From the NCBI GenBank assembly GCA_044344255.1, contig JBIJDH010000015.1, positions 1-64,000 of the forward strand: a stretch of 64,000 nt of DNA, given 5' to 3'. Numbering within the stretch: the stretch's first letter is position 1; the number at the start of each line of letters is the position of its first letter. Under the pieces are notes generated by a model that was given only the letters and a program-made list of their open reading frames with translations, searched no databases and was not told the origin of the DNA. Below, in pieces: positions 47,079 to 57,172 of the stretch. The translations under genes were made by a program, and so were the position numbers. This DNA comes from Myxococcota bacterium (GTDB taxonomy: Bacteria > Myxococcota_A > UBA796 > UBA2385).

Positions 47079-47132
47079 CCGGGGCGGCCCTCACCAATCC
47101 TTGAGCACCGCCCCTGACCGGGGCGGCCCTCA
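47071..47132. repeat. 23-bp direct repeat gcccctgaccggggcggccctca (47071-47093 and 47110-47132)
   Basis: Two exact copies separated by ccaatccttgagcacc. Confidence 0.9.
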
Positions 47133-48434
47133 GGTGCGGCTGGTCAGCGCGATGAGCGCGGGCATGCCGCCCTCGGCGAAGGCCCGCCGCGCGTCCTGGG
47201 CGGGGTTGCTCCGGCGGGACAGGCGGCCCATGAGCGGCTCGAGGTAGACCTCCTCACCGCGCCCCCGGGCCACGAGGCCGTCGATGCAGCGCCGGAGGAT
47301 GCCCTCGAGCAAGCCCGGGGTGGGCTCCTCGGCGGCGAGGCCGTCCCGCACGGCGCGGCCATGCCAGGCGTGGAGCTGCGCCCAGGCCTCGTCGCCCATG
47401 GACTCGTGGATGTACCGGCTGATCTCAAAGCCGGCTTCGACGAGCGCGAAGCCGAGGGCCGCCGCGGCCATCGTCTCGGGGATCGGCTGCTGGCAGGCCG
47501 AGCGCATCTCGATGGTGCCGTGGGCGCTGCGCGGGCGGGCCGCGTTCCAGATGTAGTGCTCGTGGAGGAGGAAGTCCGTCCAGGCGATGGGGGCGTCGGG
47601 CCCGCCGAGCGTGGCGAGGTGCTCGATAAAAGACTGGCGCGGCGGGATCAGGTTCTCGTCGTCTCGGCGCACCATCAGCAGATCCTGGCGGGCCAGCCGA
47701 TACATCATCGCGCTCAGGTCGGCGTCGGGGGCGCCTGGCATGCCGTGGCGCCAGGTGCCGGAGTGGATCTGCCCCATCTGATGCTCTCGCGAGCTGCACA
47801 CGCCCTGGTCACGCCCCTCGAAGATCGGGGAATTGCCGCACAGGGCCACGGTGACCGGGGCCATCGCGTTGCCGATGTTGGTCAGCGGCACGATCTCGTC
47901 GCGGCCGACACAGGCGTGCACCTGATCGCTGGCCGTCAGGGTGAACCAGAGCCAGGGCTGGCCGATCGACTCCAGCAGCACGCCGTAGCGCTTCTTCGGG
48001 GCCATGAAGGTCGGGGTGGCCGGGGTGAGCGGCTGGATGCCGTAGCCGAGCACGAGGAAGCCCCGCCGCGCGGCGGCCTCCTGGAGGCGGTCGAGCCCCT
48101 CCCGGTGGAGGGCGGCGATGCCGTGCAGGTCTTCGGAGGGGCCGACGATGAGCTCGATCGTGCCGCGACCCACCTCGGCGCAGTAGCCGAAGCGCGGCCC
48201 GTCCACCGCCGTGACGAGCGTGCCCTCGTGGTGGGTCTCGAAGCCCGCTCCTCCGAGCAGCGGCCAGAGCTCCGACACGTCCGCCGCCGTGCCGTCGGGG
48301 TTCACGACCGGGTACTCCGACTCTCGGCCGACCGTCCGGAGCGCGGGCCGGGTGGCGGAGAAGCCGCTGCTGAAGCGCTCCCCGAGCCTCTTCATCCAAT
48401 CGGCGATCTCGGGCAGCGGGTAGGCGGGCATCAT
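47130..48434 (-). CDS. Glutamate--cysteine ligase (GCS2 family)
   Basis: [53 protein letters not shown]. Confidence 0.85.
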   Translation of the reverse strand: MMPAYPLPEIADWMKRLGERFSSGFSATRPALRTVGRESEYPVVNPDGTAADVSELWPLLGGAGFETHHEGTLVTAVDGPRFGYCAEVGRGTIELIVGPSEDLHGIAALHREGLDRLQEAAARRGFLVLGYGIQPLTPATPTFMAPKKRYGVLLESIGQPWLWFTLTASDQVHACVGRDEIVPLTNIGNAMAPVTVALCGNSPIFEGRDQGVCSSREHQMGQIHSGTWRHGMPGAPDADLSAMMYRLARQDLLMVRRDDENLIPPRQSFIEHLATLGGPDAPIAWTDFLLHEHYIWNAARPRSAHGTIEMRSACQQPIPETMAAAALGFALVEAGFEISRYIHESMGDEAWAQLHAWHGRAVRDGLAAEEPTPGLLEGILRRCIDGLVARGRGEEVYLEPLMGRLSRRSNPAQDARRAFAEGGMPALIALTSRT

Positions 48435-48451
48435 GGGGGGCTCCGGGGCGC

Positions 48452-49330
48452 TCAAGCGAGGGTCGAAGGGGAGGGGGGCGAAGCGGAGAGGCTCGAAGGG
48501 GAGAGGCTCGAAGGGGAGAAGGTGGAGAGGAGCTCCGGCAGGCGGTCGTGGTGTGAACAGACGAGATCCGCCTGCGTCGAGCTGCTGCCCCGATCGATGA
48601 TCCCGGTGTAGAGCACCGCGCGGCCGCCCACGCCCTTGGGGCCGAGGACGTCGTTGGACTCGCGATCTCCGACGTGCGCCACCTGGCTCGTGGGCAGGCC
48701 GAAGGCCGCGGCCGCCTGCTCGAAGACGGCGGGCGCGGGCTTGCTCGCTCCGGCCTCGTCGGAGAACACGAAGACCTCGAAGAAGCGCAGCAGATCGAGG
48801 CCCTGGAGGATGGCGCGGATGCCCGTACCGGGGGTGACGATGGCGTCCGAGATGATGCCGAGGCGGTAGCGCCCGGAGAGGGCCTCGAGCATCCGGTGGA
48901 CGCCGGGGGCGGGGTCGGGCGGGTGCTCCACCTCCATCGTGGCGAGCCGCTCGATCAGGGCCGGCGTGCCGGGGGTGGCCTCGACGCCCAGCGCCGCGAA
49001 GGCGACGGCGAGGCGGTGGTCGAGGCCCGGCGTGCGGGAGAGGACCTTCCACTGGTGCTGGAAGTCGGCGAGGGAGCGCTCCCAGGCCTGCGCCGCGGCC
49101 GCCTCGCTGAGGTGCGGGTGGTGGGCCCGGACCTCGGCGGTGAAGGCGGCCACGCGCGCCGCGGCCTTGGAGGGCAGGCCGAGCGCGGCGCGGCGCGGCT
49201 CGTCGGAGTCATCGATGATCAGCGTGTCCCAGACATCGAAGGTCAGGGCCTCGACCGCGCGGCCGACGGGGGTGCCCCGCGTGGAGGGGCTCGGAGCGGC
49301 GGTCTGCGCGCGGTCAGCGGTCATCGACAC
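48452..49330 (-). CDS. HAD-family hydrolase
   Basis: TFDVWDTL, LGIISD, FSDEAGASKP, HVGDRESNDVLG. Confidence 0.9.
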   Translation of the reverse strand: MSMTADRAQTAAPSPSTRGTPVGRAVEALTFDVWDTLIIDDSDEPRRAALGLPSKAAARVAAFTAEVRAHHPHLSEAAAAQAWERSLADFQHQWKVLSRTPGLDHRLAVAFAALGVEATPGTPALIERLATMEVEHPPDPAPGVHRMLEALSGRYRLGIISDAIVTPGTGIRAILQGLDLLRFFEVFVFSDEAGASKPAPAVFEQAAAAFGLPTSQVAHVGDRESNDVLGPKGVGGRAVLYTGIIDRGSSSTQADLVCSHHDRLPELLSTFSPSSLSPSSLSASPPSPSTLA

Positions 49331-49410
49331 CTCCGGCCCCGCCTATCACCCGCCCCGTCGATGGACATGCCCGGACGCGACGGATAGACGGCGCCCCCCC
49401 TGGAGGTCCG

Positions 49411-50517
49411 ATGAGCACGATCGAAGCACCCCGCCCGTCCGCTGGCACTCCGCTCTTTACGGGCTCCACGAAGTCGGGCGGTGCCCCCCGGATCGCGGTC
49501 GTCCCCGGTGACGGCATCGGCGGGGAGGTGATCGAGCAGGGATGCCGAGTGCTCCAGGCCCTTTGGCCCGAGGTCGTGCTCGAGCACTTTGACCTCGGCG
49601 CAGACCGCTACCTCCGCACGGGTGAGACCCTGCCCGACAGCGTCTTCGAGAGGTGGAAGGCCGAGTTTGACGCCATCTACCTCGGAGCCCTGGGCGATCC
49701 CCGCGTCCCGTCCAACGTGCACGCCAAGGACATCCTCCTCGGCAGCCGCTTCCGCCTTGACCTCTACATCAATTTCAGACCGGTGAAGCTGCTCGATCCG
49801 CGGCGCTGCCCGCTGAAGGACAAGGGCACCGAGCATGTGGACATGGTGTTCTTCCGCGAGAACACGGAAGACCTCTATACGGGTATCGGCGGACAGTTCA
49901 AGCGGGGCACCGCCGATGAGATCGCGATCGAAGAGAGCATCAACACCCGCAAGGGCGTCGAGCGCATCATCCGGGCGGCCTTCTCCTGGGCGGCGGCCAA
50001 CGGCCGGCGGCAGGTGTGCCTGGTCGACAAGAGCAACGCGATGCGCCACGGGCACGACCTCTGGCAGCGGGTCTTCAAGATCGTGGCCGCGGAGTATCCC
50101 GGGCTGAAGACGCGCCACCTCTACGTGGACGCGGCGGCGATGGAGATGGTGCGCGCGCCGGAGACGCTGGACGTGCTCGTCACGCCGAACCTCTTTGGTG
50201 ACGTGCTCACCGACATCGGCGCCATCCTCCAGGGGGGCATCGGTCTCGCGGCGAGCGGCAACATCCACCCCGGGCAGATCAGCCTCTTCGAGCCGGTGCA
50301 CGGCTCAGCCCCCGACATCGCGGGCAAGGGCATCGCCAACCCCTTGGCCAGCATCCTCACCGTGGGCATGATGTGCCAGGCGATGGGGCGGCCCGAGCTC
50401 GACACCCGGGTGGTCGAGGCGGTCCGCGGCTGCCTGCTCGCCGATGAGGTCACGCCGGAGCTCGGCGGCTCGCTGAGCACCGCTGCGGTCGGAGACGCCG
50501 TCCTCGCTCGGCTCTGA
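49411..50517 (+). CDS. 3-isopropylmalate dehydrogenase-like (isocitrate/isopropylmalate dehydrogenase family)
   Basis: PGDGIGGEV, LDLYINFRP, RENTEDLY, VDKSNA, NLFGDVLTD, FEPVHGSAPDIAGKGIANP. Confidence 0.92.
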   Translation: MSTIEAPRPSAGTPLFTGSTKSGGAPRIAVVPGDGIGGEVIEQGCRVLQALWPEVVLEHFDLGADRYLRTGETLPDSVFERWKAEFDAIYLGALGDPRVPSNVHAKDILLGSRFRLDLYINFRPVKLLDPRRCPLKDKGTEHVDMVFFRENTEDLYTGIGGQFKRGTADEIAIEESINTRKGVERIIRAAFSWAAANGRRQVCLVDKSNAMRHGHDLWQRVFKIVAAEYPGLKTRHLYVDAAAMEMVRAPETLDVLVTPNLFGDVLTDIGAILQGGIGLAASGNIHPGQISLFEPVHGSAPDIAGKGIANPLASILTVGMMCQAMGRPELDTRVVEAVRGCLLADEVTPELGGSLSTAAVGDAVLARL

Positions 50518-50600
50518 GCCGCGCGGGCGCCCCCGGTTCCCCCGGCCCCCTCGCTCCCCTACCGACAGAACCCTCCCCCGCACCTCGCTCGGAGCGCACC

Positions 50601-51824
50601 GTGTCCAGCAGCACCGAAATCGTCTTCCTATCTGGCAAGCGCACCCCGTTTGGCACCTTCCTCGGCGCCCTGGGCGGCATCAGCGCGACTGACCTCGCCG
50701 TCCACGCCAGCAAGGCGGCGGTGGAGCAGGCGGGGGTGCAGGCCGCCGACATCGATCACGTCATCTTCGGCAACGTGATGCAGACGAGCGCTGACGCCAT
50801 CTACTGCGCGCGCCACGTCGGCTTGAAGGTGGGCGTGCCGGTGCCGGTGCCGGCCCTCACGGTCAACCGCCTCTGCGGCTCGGGCTTCGAGGCCCTCGTG
50901 CTCGGCGCGCAGCTCCTCCGCCTCGGCGAGGCGACGATGGTGCTGGCGGGCGGCACGGAGAACATGACCCAGGCGCCGCACGTCCTGCGCGGCGCCCGCG
51001 AGGGCTTCAAGCTCGGGGGCGCCCCGATGACCGACTCCCTCCAGGACGGCCTGACAGACCCCCTGGCCGGCTGCGCGATGGCCATCACCGCCGAGAACCT
51101 CGCCGAGAAGTACGGGATCACCCGCGAACAGGCCGACGAATACGGCTTCCGTTCGCAGAGCGCCTGGAAGGTGGCCCACGAGGAGGGGCGCTACAAGGCG
51201 GAGATCGCCCCCATCCGCTTGCCCGGGCGAAAGGGCCAGCCCGACACCGTCGTCGAGGTTGACGAGCACCCGCAGCTGTCCCCCCTCCGGCCCGAGAAGG
51301 TGCGCGCCCGCTTCAGCTTCGAGGCGATGAAGTCGCTCCCCGCGATCTTCAAGAAGGATGGCACGGTCACCGCCGCGAACGCCTCCGGCATCAACGACGG
51401 CGCCGGTGCCATGGTGCTCTCCACCGCCGCCATCGCCGCCGAGCGGGGCCTCCGTCCGATCGGCCGCCTCCTCGCCGCGGCCTCGGTGGGCGTGGAGCCG
51501 AAGTACATGGGCATCGGGCCGGTGGAGGCCATCCGCGCCGCCCTCTCCCGGGCGGGGATGAGCCTCGATCAGATGGATCTGGTCGAGATCAACGAGGCCT
51601 TCAGCACCCAGTACCTCGCCTGCGAGAAGCTGCTCGAGCTCGACCGCGCCAAGGCGAACGTGAATTCCGGCGGTGTGGCGGTCGGGCACCCGCTCGCCGC
51701 CTCCGGCACCCGCATCACGATGCACCTCCTCTACGAGCTGAAGCGCCGCGGCCTGCGCTACGGCGTGGGCTCTGCCTGCATCGGCGGCGGGCAGGGCATC
51801 GCCGTGGTGGTCGAGGCCCTCTGA
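50601..51824 (+). CDS. Acetyl-CoA C-acyltransferase (thiolase)
   Basis: RTPFG, NRLCGSG, EINEAF, GHPLAASG, SACIGGGQG. Confidence 0.96.
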   Translation: MSSSTEIVFLSGKRTPFGTFLGALGGISATDLAVHASKAAVEQAGVQAADIDHVIFGNVMQTSADAIYCARHVGLKVGVPVPVPALTVNRLCGSGFEALVLGAQLLRLGEATMVLAGGTENMTQAPHVLRGAREGFKLGGAPMTDSLQDGLTDPLAGCAMAITAENLAEKYGITREQADEYGFRSQSAWKVAHEEGRYKAEIAPIRLPGRKGQPDTVVEVDEHPQLSPLRPEKVRARFSFEAMKSLPAIFKKDGTVTAANASGINDGAGAMVLSTAAIAAERGLRPIGRLLAAASVGVEPKYMGIGPVEAIRAALSRAGMSLDQMDLVEINEAFSTQYLACEKLLELDRAKANVNSGGVAVGHPLAASGTRITMHLLYELKRRGLRYGVGSACIGGGQGIAVVVEAL

Positions 51825-51834
51825 GGCGCCCCGA

Positions 51835-52617
51835 CTACTGGAGGCAGACGCGGTAGGGCGACATGTAGGGGCTCGAGGGGAGGAAGTGGGTGATCCCCTC
51901 CCAGCAGGAGCCGTCCACCGCGTAGCCCTCGAACTCCGCCACCGGGACGCCGAGCTCGGTGATGGTGAAGGTGAGCGAGTCGCTGGTGGTCGACCAGGTG
52001 CCGCCGTAGTCCGGGCCGTAGGCGGGGAAGCTCAGGGTGCCGCCGGCCTCGAGCACCGCCTCGTGGTCGGAGATCGAGCTCGGGTAGAGCGTGCACTCGA
52101 AGTAGGCGCTGAGCGAGGTGCCGGTGCAGTGCTCGTTCAGGACGGTGCGCGGCCCGGTGAAGGCGAGCGTCGGGTTGTAGAGCGAGGCCGTCAGCGTCGC
52201 GGCGTTGTTCGAGAGGTTCGACTCGCTCGAGGTGGTGGACGCGGTCGCGGTGATGTCGAGGTTGTTCGTGCTCTCGGGGAGCTGCAGGTCGACGTAGACG
52301 GACTTGGTGGTGTTCTTGGCGATGCTGCCCAGCGTGCAGGTGAGCTTGGTGCCGGACTGGCTACAGGTCGAGCTCTTGCCGATCACCGTGCCCATCACGT
52401 GGACGGTGGGGCTGGTGGCGGTGACCGGGAGCTGGATCACCACGGTGGAGGAGCTGGCCGACTGGTTGCCAACGTTCTTCACCTTGACGGTGTACCGAGC
52501 GGTCGCGTACACCATCGTGCCCGAGGGCTGCGAGATCGACGTGGACAGATCGGCGGCAGCGAAGGCGGCGGAGCTGAAGGACAAAGCGGTGAAAGCAAGG
52601 GCGGATCGGAGGAGCAT
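51835..52617 (-). CDS. Secreted DUF11-domain protein
   Basis: Signal peptide; ADLSTSI..YTVKVKNVG..CTLGSI..ESNLSNN. Confidence 0.8.
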   Translation of the reverse strand: MLLRSALAFTALSFSSAAFAAADLSTSISQPSGTMVYATARYTVKVKNVGNQSASSSTVVIQLPVTATSPTVHVMGTVIGKSSTCSQSGTKLTCTLGSIAKNTTKSVYVDLQLPESTNNLDITATASTTSSESNLSNNAATLTASLYNPTLAFTGPRTVLNEHCTGTSLSAYFECTLYPSSISDHEAVLEAGGTLSFPAYGPDYGGTWSTTSDSLTFTITELGVPVAEFEGYAVDGSCWEGITHFLPSSPYMSPYRVCLQ

Positions 52618-52748
52618 GATGGACCATCCTTGAGTGAGGGACTGTCGCGGGAGGGAGTCAGGAGCGCATCGACCCTCTTGTTATAGCGGCGCCCCCCTCC
52701 TCCCGGACCTGTCCGACATCTGTCACGCCCCCCCGCCGGGCGCTCCGC

Positions 52749-54059
52749 TCAGCAGGCGCAGTCGCAGTAGGCGCGCGGCCAGGCCCGCTCGCCCGTGGTG
52801 CTCAGCAGGCGCCGGCTGCCGGTGATCTGGTCGTGCAGCAAGAGCTCGGGCTTCCCGTCGTCGTCGGTGTCGAAGACGCCGAGCACATCTTCGCTCGGGG
52901 CGGAGACCATGGGCACGAGCTCCTTGCCGTCGGCGCCGATCAGGCCGAGCACGGCCTCGTGGATGTCGTCACCGCCGCACATCCAGTTGCCCTGGCCGCT
53001 GGAGATCTCGTACCGAACGAGGCCGTAGGCCGCCTCGCCGAGGTTGTATTCGGCGAAGGTCCACTTGTGCTCGGGCTTGACGTTCTGCTGGGCGGCGGCG
53101 AGCTTGGCGGCCTCCTTGGCCTTCGCCACGCCGGCGGGGGGCTTGGCCATCCAGACCGCCCGCGGATCCTTGACCTTCTTCGCGGGGGCGGGCGCGCCCG
53201 GCTTCGCCTCGACCACCGGGGTCAGCGCGGCGATCGCGCCCTTCCGGCCCTCAGCCAGCACGAGCAGGGGCTCTCCGCCCTCACACTTCACCTTCATGTA
53301 CAGCGCCGCCTCGCCGCAGCCCGGGGTGCTCGGCGGACCGCCCTCGGTCTGGAGCCAGCCGAAGTGCGGCTGCCCCGCCACGCCAGCCACGAAGCCGGTG
53401 ACCTTGCAGGCCAGCACCTTGTCGGCGGCGAGGCCGGCGACCTTCTGGCCGATGGTCCAGCTCCCGACTGACTTGTTGGGGAGCGAAGACTCCCAGAGGT
53501 TGCCGTCGGTGCCGAGGGCCTTCACGGGGGGCGCGGCGGCGAGCAGGGGGGCGGCCACCGCCTCCTCGATCGCGATGCGGGCGCCGAGGCCCGGCTCCAT
53601 CACGGCGACGGCGGCGTCGCCAGCGGCGGGCTTGGCCAGGGCGGAGCAGTAGTCGTCGAGCTCGGGGCGAGCGCCCACCCAGGCGCCTGCGTTCTTGACG
53701 TAGTTCTCGACGCCGAGCGCGGTGAGCTTCGTCGAGAGGTCGGTGGCCGCGGCCTTCTCCTTCAGCGCGCCGGCCACCACGATCTCGTAGCAAGGCATCA
53801 GGCCCTTGAAGCCGGTGGAGGGGAAGCGCTCGGGCGTGATCGCCAGCTCAGGGTGGGCCTTGATCGTCGCGAGGCCGGGCGCCTCGTGACCCTGCTCGAT
53901 CTTGGAGGACAGGATCACGAAGTAGTGATCGCCGTACACGGACTCCTTGGGCGGGGGCGGCGGGAGCGGAGCGGCGGGGGCAGCCGCCGGGGCGGGGGCG
54001 GCCTTCTTGGCCTTCGGGGCGTCAGGGGAGCCGGAGCACGCGAGGAGGATGAACCACAT
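52749..54059 (-). CDS. Hypothetical lipoprotein, possible SPOR-like N-terminal domain
   Basis: MWFILLAC lipobox; YFVILSS..YEIVVAG..AATDLSTKL..NYVK; DTDDDGKPE motif; ends YCDCAC. Confidence 0.65.
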   Translation of the reverse strand: MWFILLACSGSPDAPKAKKAAPAPAAAPAAPLPPPPPKESVYGDHYFVILSSKIEQGHEAPGLATIKAHPELAITPERFPSTGFKGLMPCYEIVVAGALKEKAAATDLSTKLTALGVENYVKNAGAWVGARPELDDYCSALAKPAAGDAAVAVMEPGLGARIAIEEAVAAPLLAAAPPVKALGTDGNLWESSLPNKSVGSWTIGQKVAGLAADKVLACKVTGFVAGVAGQPHFGWLQTEGGPPSTPGCGEAALYMKVKCEGGEPLLVLAEGRKGAIAALTPVVEAKPGAPAPAKKVKDPRAVWMAKPPAGVAKAKEAAKLAAAQQNVKPEHKWTFAEYNLGEAAYGLVRYEISSGQGNWMCGGDDIHEAVLGLIGADGKELVPMVSAPSEDVLGVFDTDDDGKPELLLHDQITGSRRLLSTTGERAWPRAYCDCAC

Positions 54060-54203
54060 GGGACCTGCCAGGGGAGCGGGGGGGCGGGCGCATTTATCCT
54101 GTCCCCATCTGGATCGCGATGGGGAGCCTTGGCGCCCGCTGGGTGGGGCCGATCCCCGTCATCCCGGGCCCCTCGTTCGCTCCGGACCCCTCGGTTCGCT
54201 GTC

Positions 54204-54257
54204 GCCCAAAAGGCGAAGACCCGCCAGGCACGAGGCCGGGCGGGTCTTGCTTTGGGC
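54204..54257. terminator. Probable intrinsic terminator hairpin downstream of the 54292-54717 gene
   Basis: Stem aagacccgcc (54216-54225)/ggcgggtctt (54239-54248), extended by cccaaa/tttggg. A second hairpin cttccgtcc/ggacggaag lies at 54267-54286. Confidence 0.6.
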
Positions 54258-54291
54258 CGAAGCCCCCTTCCGTCCGAGGACGGAAGCTAGC

Positions 54292-54717
54292 TCACATCGC
54301 GGTGCCGCCAGAATCGGTGCAAGACGCAGCGCCGGAAGAGGCGTCGAAGGCGGGGGAGTAGTAGTAGGAGGTGGCGGCCACGGGGATGTCACCACCGGCC
54401 GGGAGCGAGCAAGCGGCCACGGAGCCACCGGCGCAGGCGCTGGCGGCGTACGTGGTGGTGATGCCGTAGTCGGCGCCGATCTGGGTGCACCAAGCCGAGG
54501 TGTCAGCGTAGCCGGTGAACTCGAAGCAGATGCCCAGGTCGCCCCAGTCACAGCTGTCGGTGGTCTCGCCTTCGCCTTCGCCTTCGCCTTCGCCTTCGCC
54601 TTCGCCTTCGCCTTCGCCTTCGGCCACGGTGCCGCTGTCGCCGGTGTCGCCCTTGTCCTTGCAGCCGGTGAAGGCGAGGGTGGCGAAAGCGAGAACGGAA
54701 AGGGTAACGAGCTTCAT
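54292..54717 (-). CDS. Small Cys-rich lipoprotein with (GE)n linker
   Basis: MKLVTLSVLAFATLAFTGC, GEGEGE, six-Cys domain; GGAGGAG SD. Confidence 0.8.
   Translation of the reverse strand: MKLVTLSVLAFATLAFTGCKDKGDTGDSGTVAEGEGEGEGEGEGEGEGEGETTDSCDWGDLGICFEFTGYADTSAWCTQIGADYGITTTYAASACAGGSVAACSLPAGGDIPVAATSYYYSPAFDASSGAASCTDSGGTAM
54571..54618. repeat. Perfect hexanucleotide tandem repeat (ttcgcc)8
   Basis: Counted directly; encodes Gly-Glu on the minus strand. Confidence 0.95.
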
Positions 54718-54986
54718 GGGTGTCTCCTCCATCAGGGTACGGCTGGACGGCGACAGGCCGTCTCACTCCGCGTCTCAGAACGAGCGGGGCACCTGCTCCG
54801 CTCTTGCGAAAGTCTTATAGCACAGCTCTCCTGACGTTGTCCACACTTGCCACCGGGGCCGCCTTCTGATCCAGGTTTGCGGGGGAGGGATCTGCCGGCC
54901 CGGCTCGACGGATCCGGCCGGAACGGCCCCCCCGATCGCGGGCGGAGCGCGCGCTGAGGTAACGTGGCCGCCCCGACGGAGGTTCG

Positions 54987-56996
54987 ATGGCGCTCCCTCA
55001 GCTCGACGATGAACAAGTCCGCACCTGGAGCCGCGCCGAGAAAGACCGCTGGTGGCTGGAGAACGTCTATCGGGGGGACATGCCGCAGCTCACGCTGCGA
55101 TCGGCCGCCACCGGGTTCCTGCTCGGGGGGGTGCTCTCGGCGACCAACCTCTACATCGGGGCCAAGACGGGCTGGTCGCTCGGGGTGGGCGTGACGAGCG
55201 TGATCCTCGCGTACGCGATGTTCAGCGCGGCGCGGAAGGCGGGGCTCGTCAAGGACTTCACGATCCTCGAGAACAACGCCGTGCAGTCCGTGGCCACCGC
55301 CGCCGGCTACATGACCGCCCCGCTGATCTCGAGCCTCACCGCCTTCATGGTGATGACCAACCAGATCCTCCCCTGGTACAAGATCTTCCTCTGGAACGTG
55401 GTCACGAGCCTGCTCGGCGTGCTGGTGGCCTTCCCGATGAAGCGGCGCTTCGTCAATGACGAGCAGCAGCCCTTCCCCGAGGGGCGGGCCTGCGCGGTGG
55501 TGCTCGACTCGCTCTACCCGGACGCCCCTGCGGGCGGCACCCGAGGGGCGGTGCGGGCGGCCGTCACCGCCGCCCAGCGCGCGACCGGCGAGCTCAAGGC
55601 CAAGGCCCTCTTCGGGGCGGCCGCCGTCGCCGGCTTTGTCGAGTTCCTCAAGCTCGAGGGCTACCAGACCCTCCTCCAGGTGCGGCTCCTCGGCCGGGAG
55701 GAGGCCATGCACCTCCCGGAGAAGCTCTTCGGTTGGTACTACGAGCTCGCCGCCAAGCGCGGCCTCTGGCTGCCGGACATCCTCGGCACCGACGTGCGCC
55801 AGCTCGGCATCTCGCCGACCTTGGACCTCACCATGTTCGGCGCGGGCGGCCTCACCGGCACCCGAACGGCCAACAGCCTGGTGATCGGCTGTGTGGCCAA
55901 CTACTTCGTGCTGGCCCCGTGGATGATCGCCATCGGCGACATCGCCGCCAAGCCCGATGGGACCTTCGGTCGCGCCTACCTCCTCAACGCCTGGTGCCTC
56001 TGGTGGGGGGTCGCGATCATGGTCACGGGCTCGCTGACCGGGCTCTTCGCGAAGCCCGAGATCATCCTCTCCAGCTTCCGGGGGATCTTTCAGAAGGACA
56101 AGGTGAAGGAGGAGGACTGCGTGAGCCACATCGAGCTGCCGGTCAAGGTGTCGCTCGTGGGTGTGCCGCTGCTCGCCGGGCTCTCCGTCTTCCTGAATTG
56201 GCTGTGGTTCGGGATCAACCCCTGGCTCGGCTTCCTTGCGGTGCCGCTCATCATCGTGCTCACCCTCATCGCCGCCAACGCGACGGGCCTCACCAGCACC
56301 ACGCCCACGGGCTCCCTCTCGAAGATCACCCAGTTCACCTTCGGCGCGCTCGATCGGGCGAACCCGGCCACCAACCTCATCACCGCCGGGATGACCAGCG
56401 AGGTGGCGAGCAACGCCAGCAACCTGCTGATGGACATCAAGCCCGGGTACATGCTCGGCGCGAAGCCCCGCCAGCAGGCCTGGGGCCATGTCATCGGCGT
56501 GGTGTCGGGCGGCATCGCCAGCACCCTCCTCTTCTTCCCGCTCTTCCTGCCGCGGCACGACCCCTCCGCGCCGCTCGGGCCGCAGATCATGACGGAGAAG
56601 TTCCCGATGCCGGGGGTGGAGATCTGGAAGGGGGTGGCCGAGCTCATCGCCACCGGGGGCCACAGCCTCGCAGGCTCCGCGATCCTCGCGATGGGCATCG
56701 CGGCCGTGGCGGGGGTGCTGATGGAGATCGCGCGGGTGAAGACGAAGGGGCGATTCCCCTTCTCCGCCGTCGCCATCGGCCTCGGCGGCGTGCTCCCGGT
56801 CGACTCCACGTTGATGATGTTCGCCGGGGCCCACTTCTTCGGCTGGTTGGAGCGTCGCCACAAGGCGGCGCCCGGGACCCTCGGTCACTCGCTGTGGGTC
56901 GAGAGCCAGGAGCCCATCGCCGCTGGCATCGTGGCGGGGGCGGCGCTGATGGGCATCGGAGACCAGCTGATCAGCGTGTTCGTGCTCGGCAACTGA
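54987..56996 (+). CDS. OPT family oligopeptide transporter
   Basis: QLTLRS, NLYIGAKTGW, TILENNAVQSVATAAG, FPEGRAC, LMDIKPGYMLGAKPRQQ. Confidence 0.94.
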   Translation: MALPQLDDEQVRTWSRAEKDRWWLENVYRGDMPQLTLRSAATGFLLGGVLSATNLYIGAKTGWSLGVGVTSVILAYAMFSAARKAGLVKDFTILENNAVQSVATAAGYMTAPLISSLTAFMVMTNQILPWYKIFLWNVVTSLLGVLVAFPMKRRFVNDEQQPFPEGRACAVVLDSLYPDAPAGGTRGAVRAAVTAAQRATGELKAKALFGAAAVAGFVEFLKLEGYQTLLQVRLLGREEAMHLPEKLFGWYYELAAKRGLWLPDILGTDVRQLGISPTLDLTMFGAGGLTGTRTANSLVIGCVANYFVLAPWMIAIGDIAAKPDGTFGRAYLLNAWCLWWGVAIMVTGSLTGLFAKPEIILSSFRGIFQKDKVKEEDCVSHIELPVKVSLVGVPLLAGLSVFLNWLWFGINPWLGFLAVPLIIVLTLIAANATGLTSTTPTGSLSKITQFTFGALDRANPATNLITAGMTSEVASNASNLLMDIKPGYMLGAKPRQQAWGHVIGVVSGGIASTLLFFPLFLPRHDPSAPLGPQIMTEKFPMPGVEIWKGVAELIATGGHSLAGSAILAMGIAAVAGVLMEIARVKTKGRFPFSAVAIGLGGVLPVDSTLMMFAGAHFFGWLERRHKAAPGTLGHSLWVESQEPIAAGIVAGAALMGIGDQLISVFVLGN

Positions 56997-57172
56997 GCGC
57001 GATCGCGCGCGGTTCGTCCCCGTTCGGGGCGAGGGGGGCGCGGTTCGGCGCGCCCGCCGCGCGCGCGGGTCGAGCGCAGGCCACGCACGCGGAGAGTGGG
57101 CCTCCCTCCGTTGGCACGGGGGATGCTTCGGTGGGCGGTGCCCCTCGTCGGGGCCCTCAACCCGGAGCTCCC

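Noticed and set aside
47071..47132. Mini-CRISPR
   Set aside because: Only two repeats, a 16-bp spacer, and no cas genes.
54160..54290. tRNA or other ncRNA (GGTTCG word, several hairpins)
   Set aside because: No cloverleaf or acceptor stem can be built; better explained as terminator hairpins.
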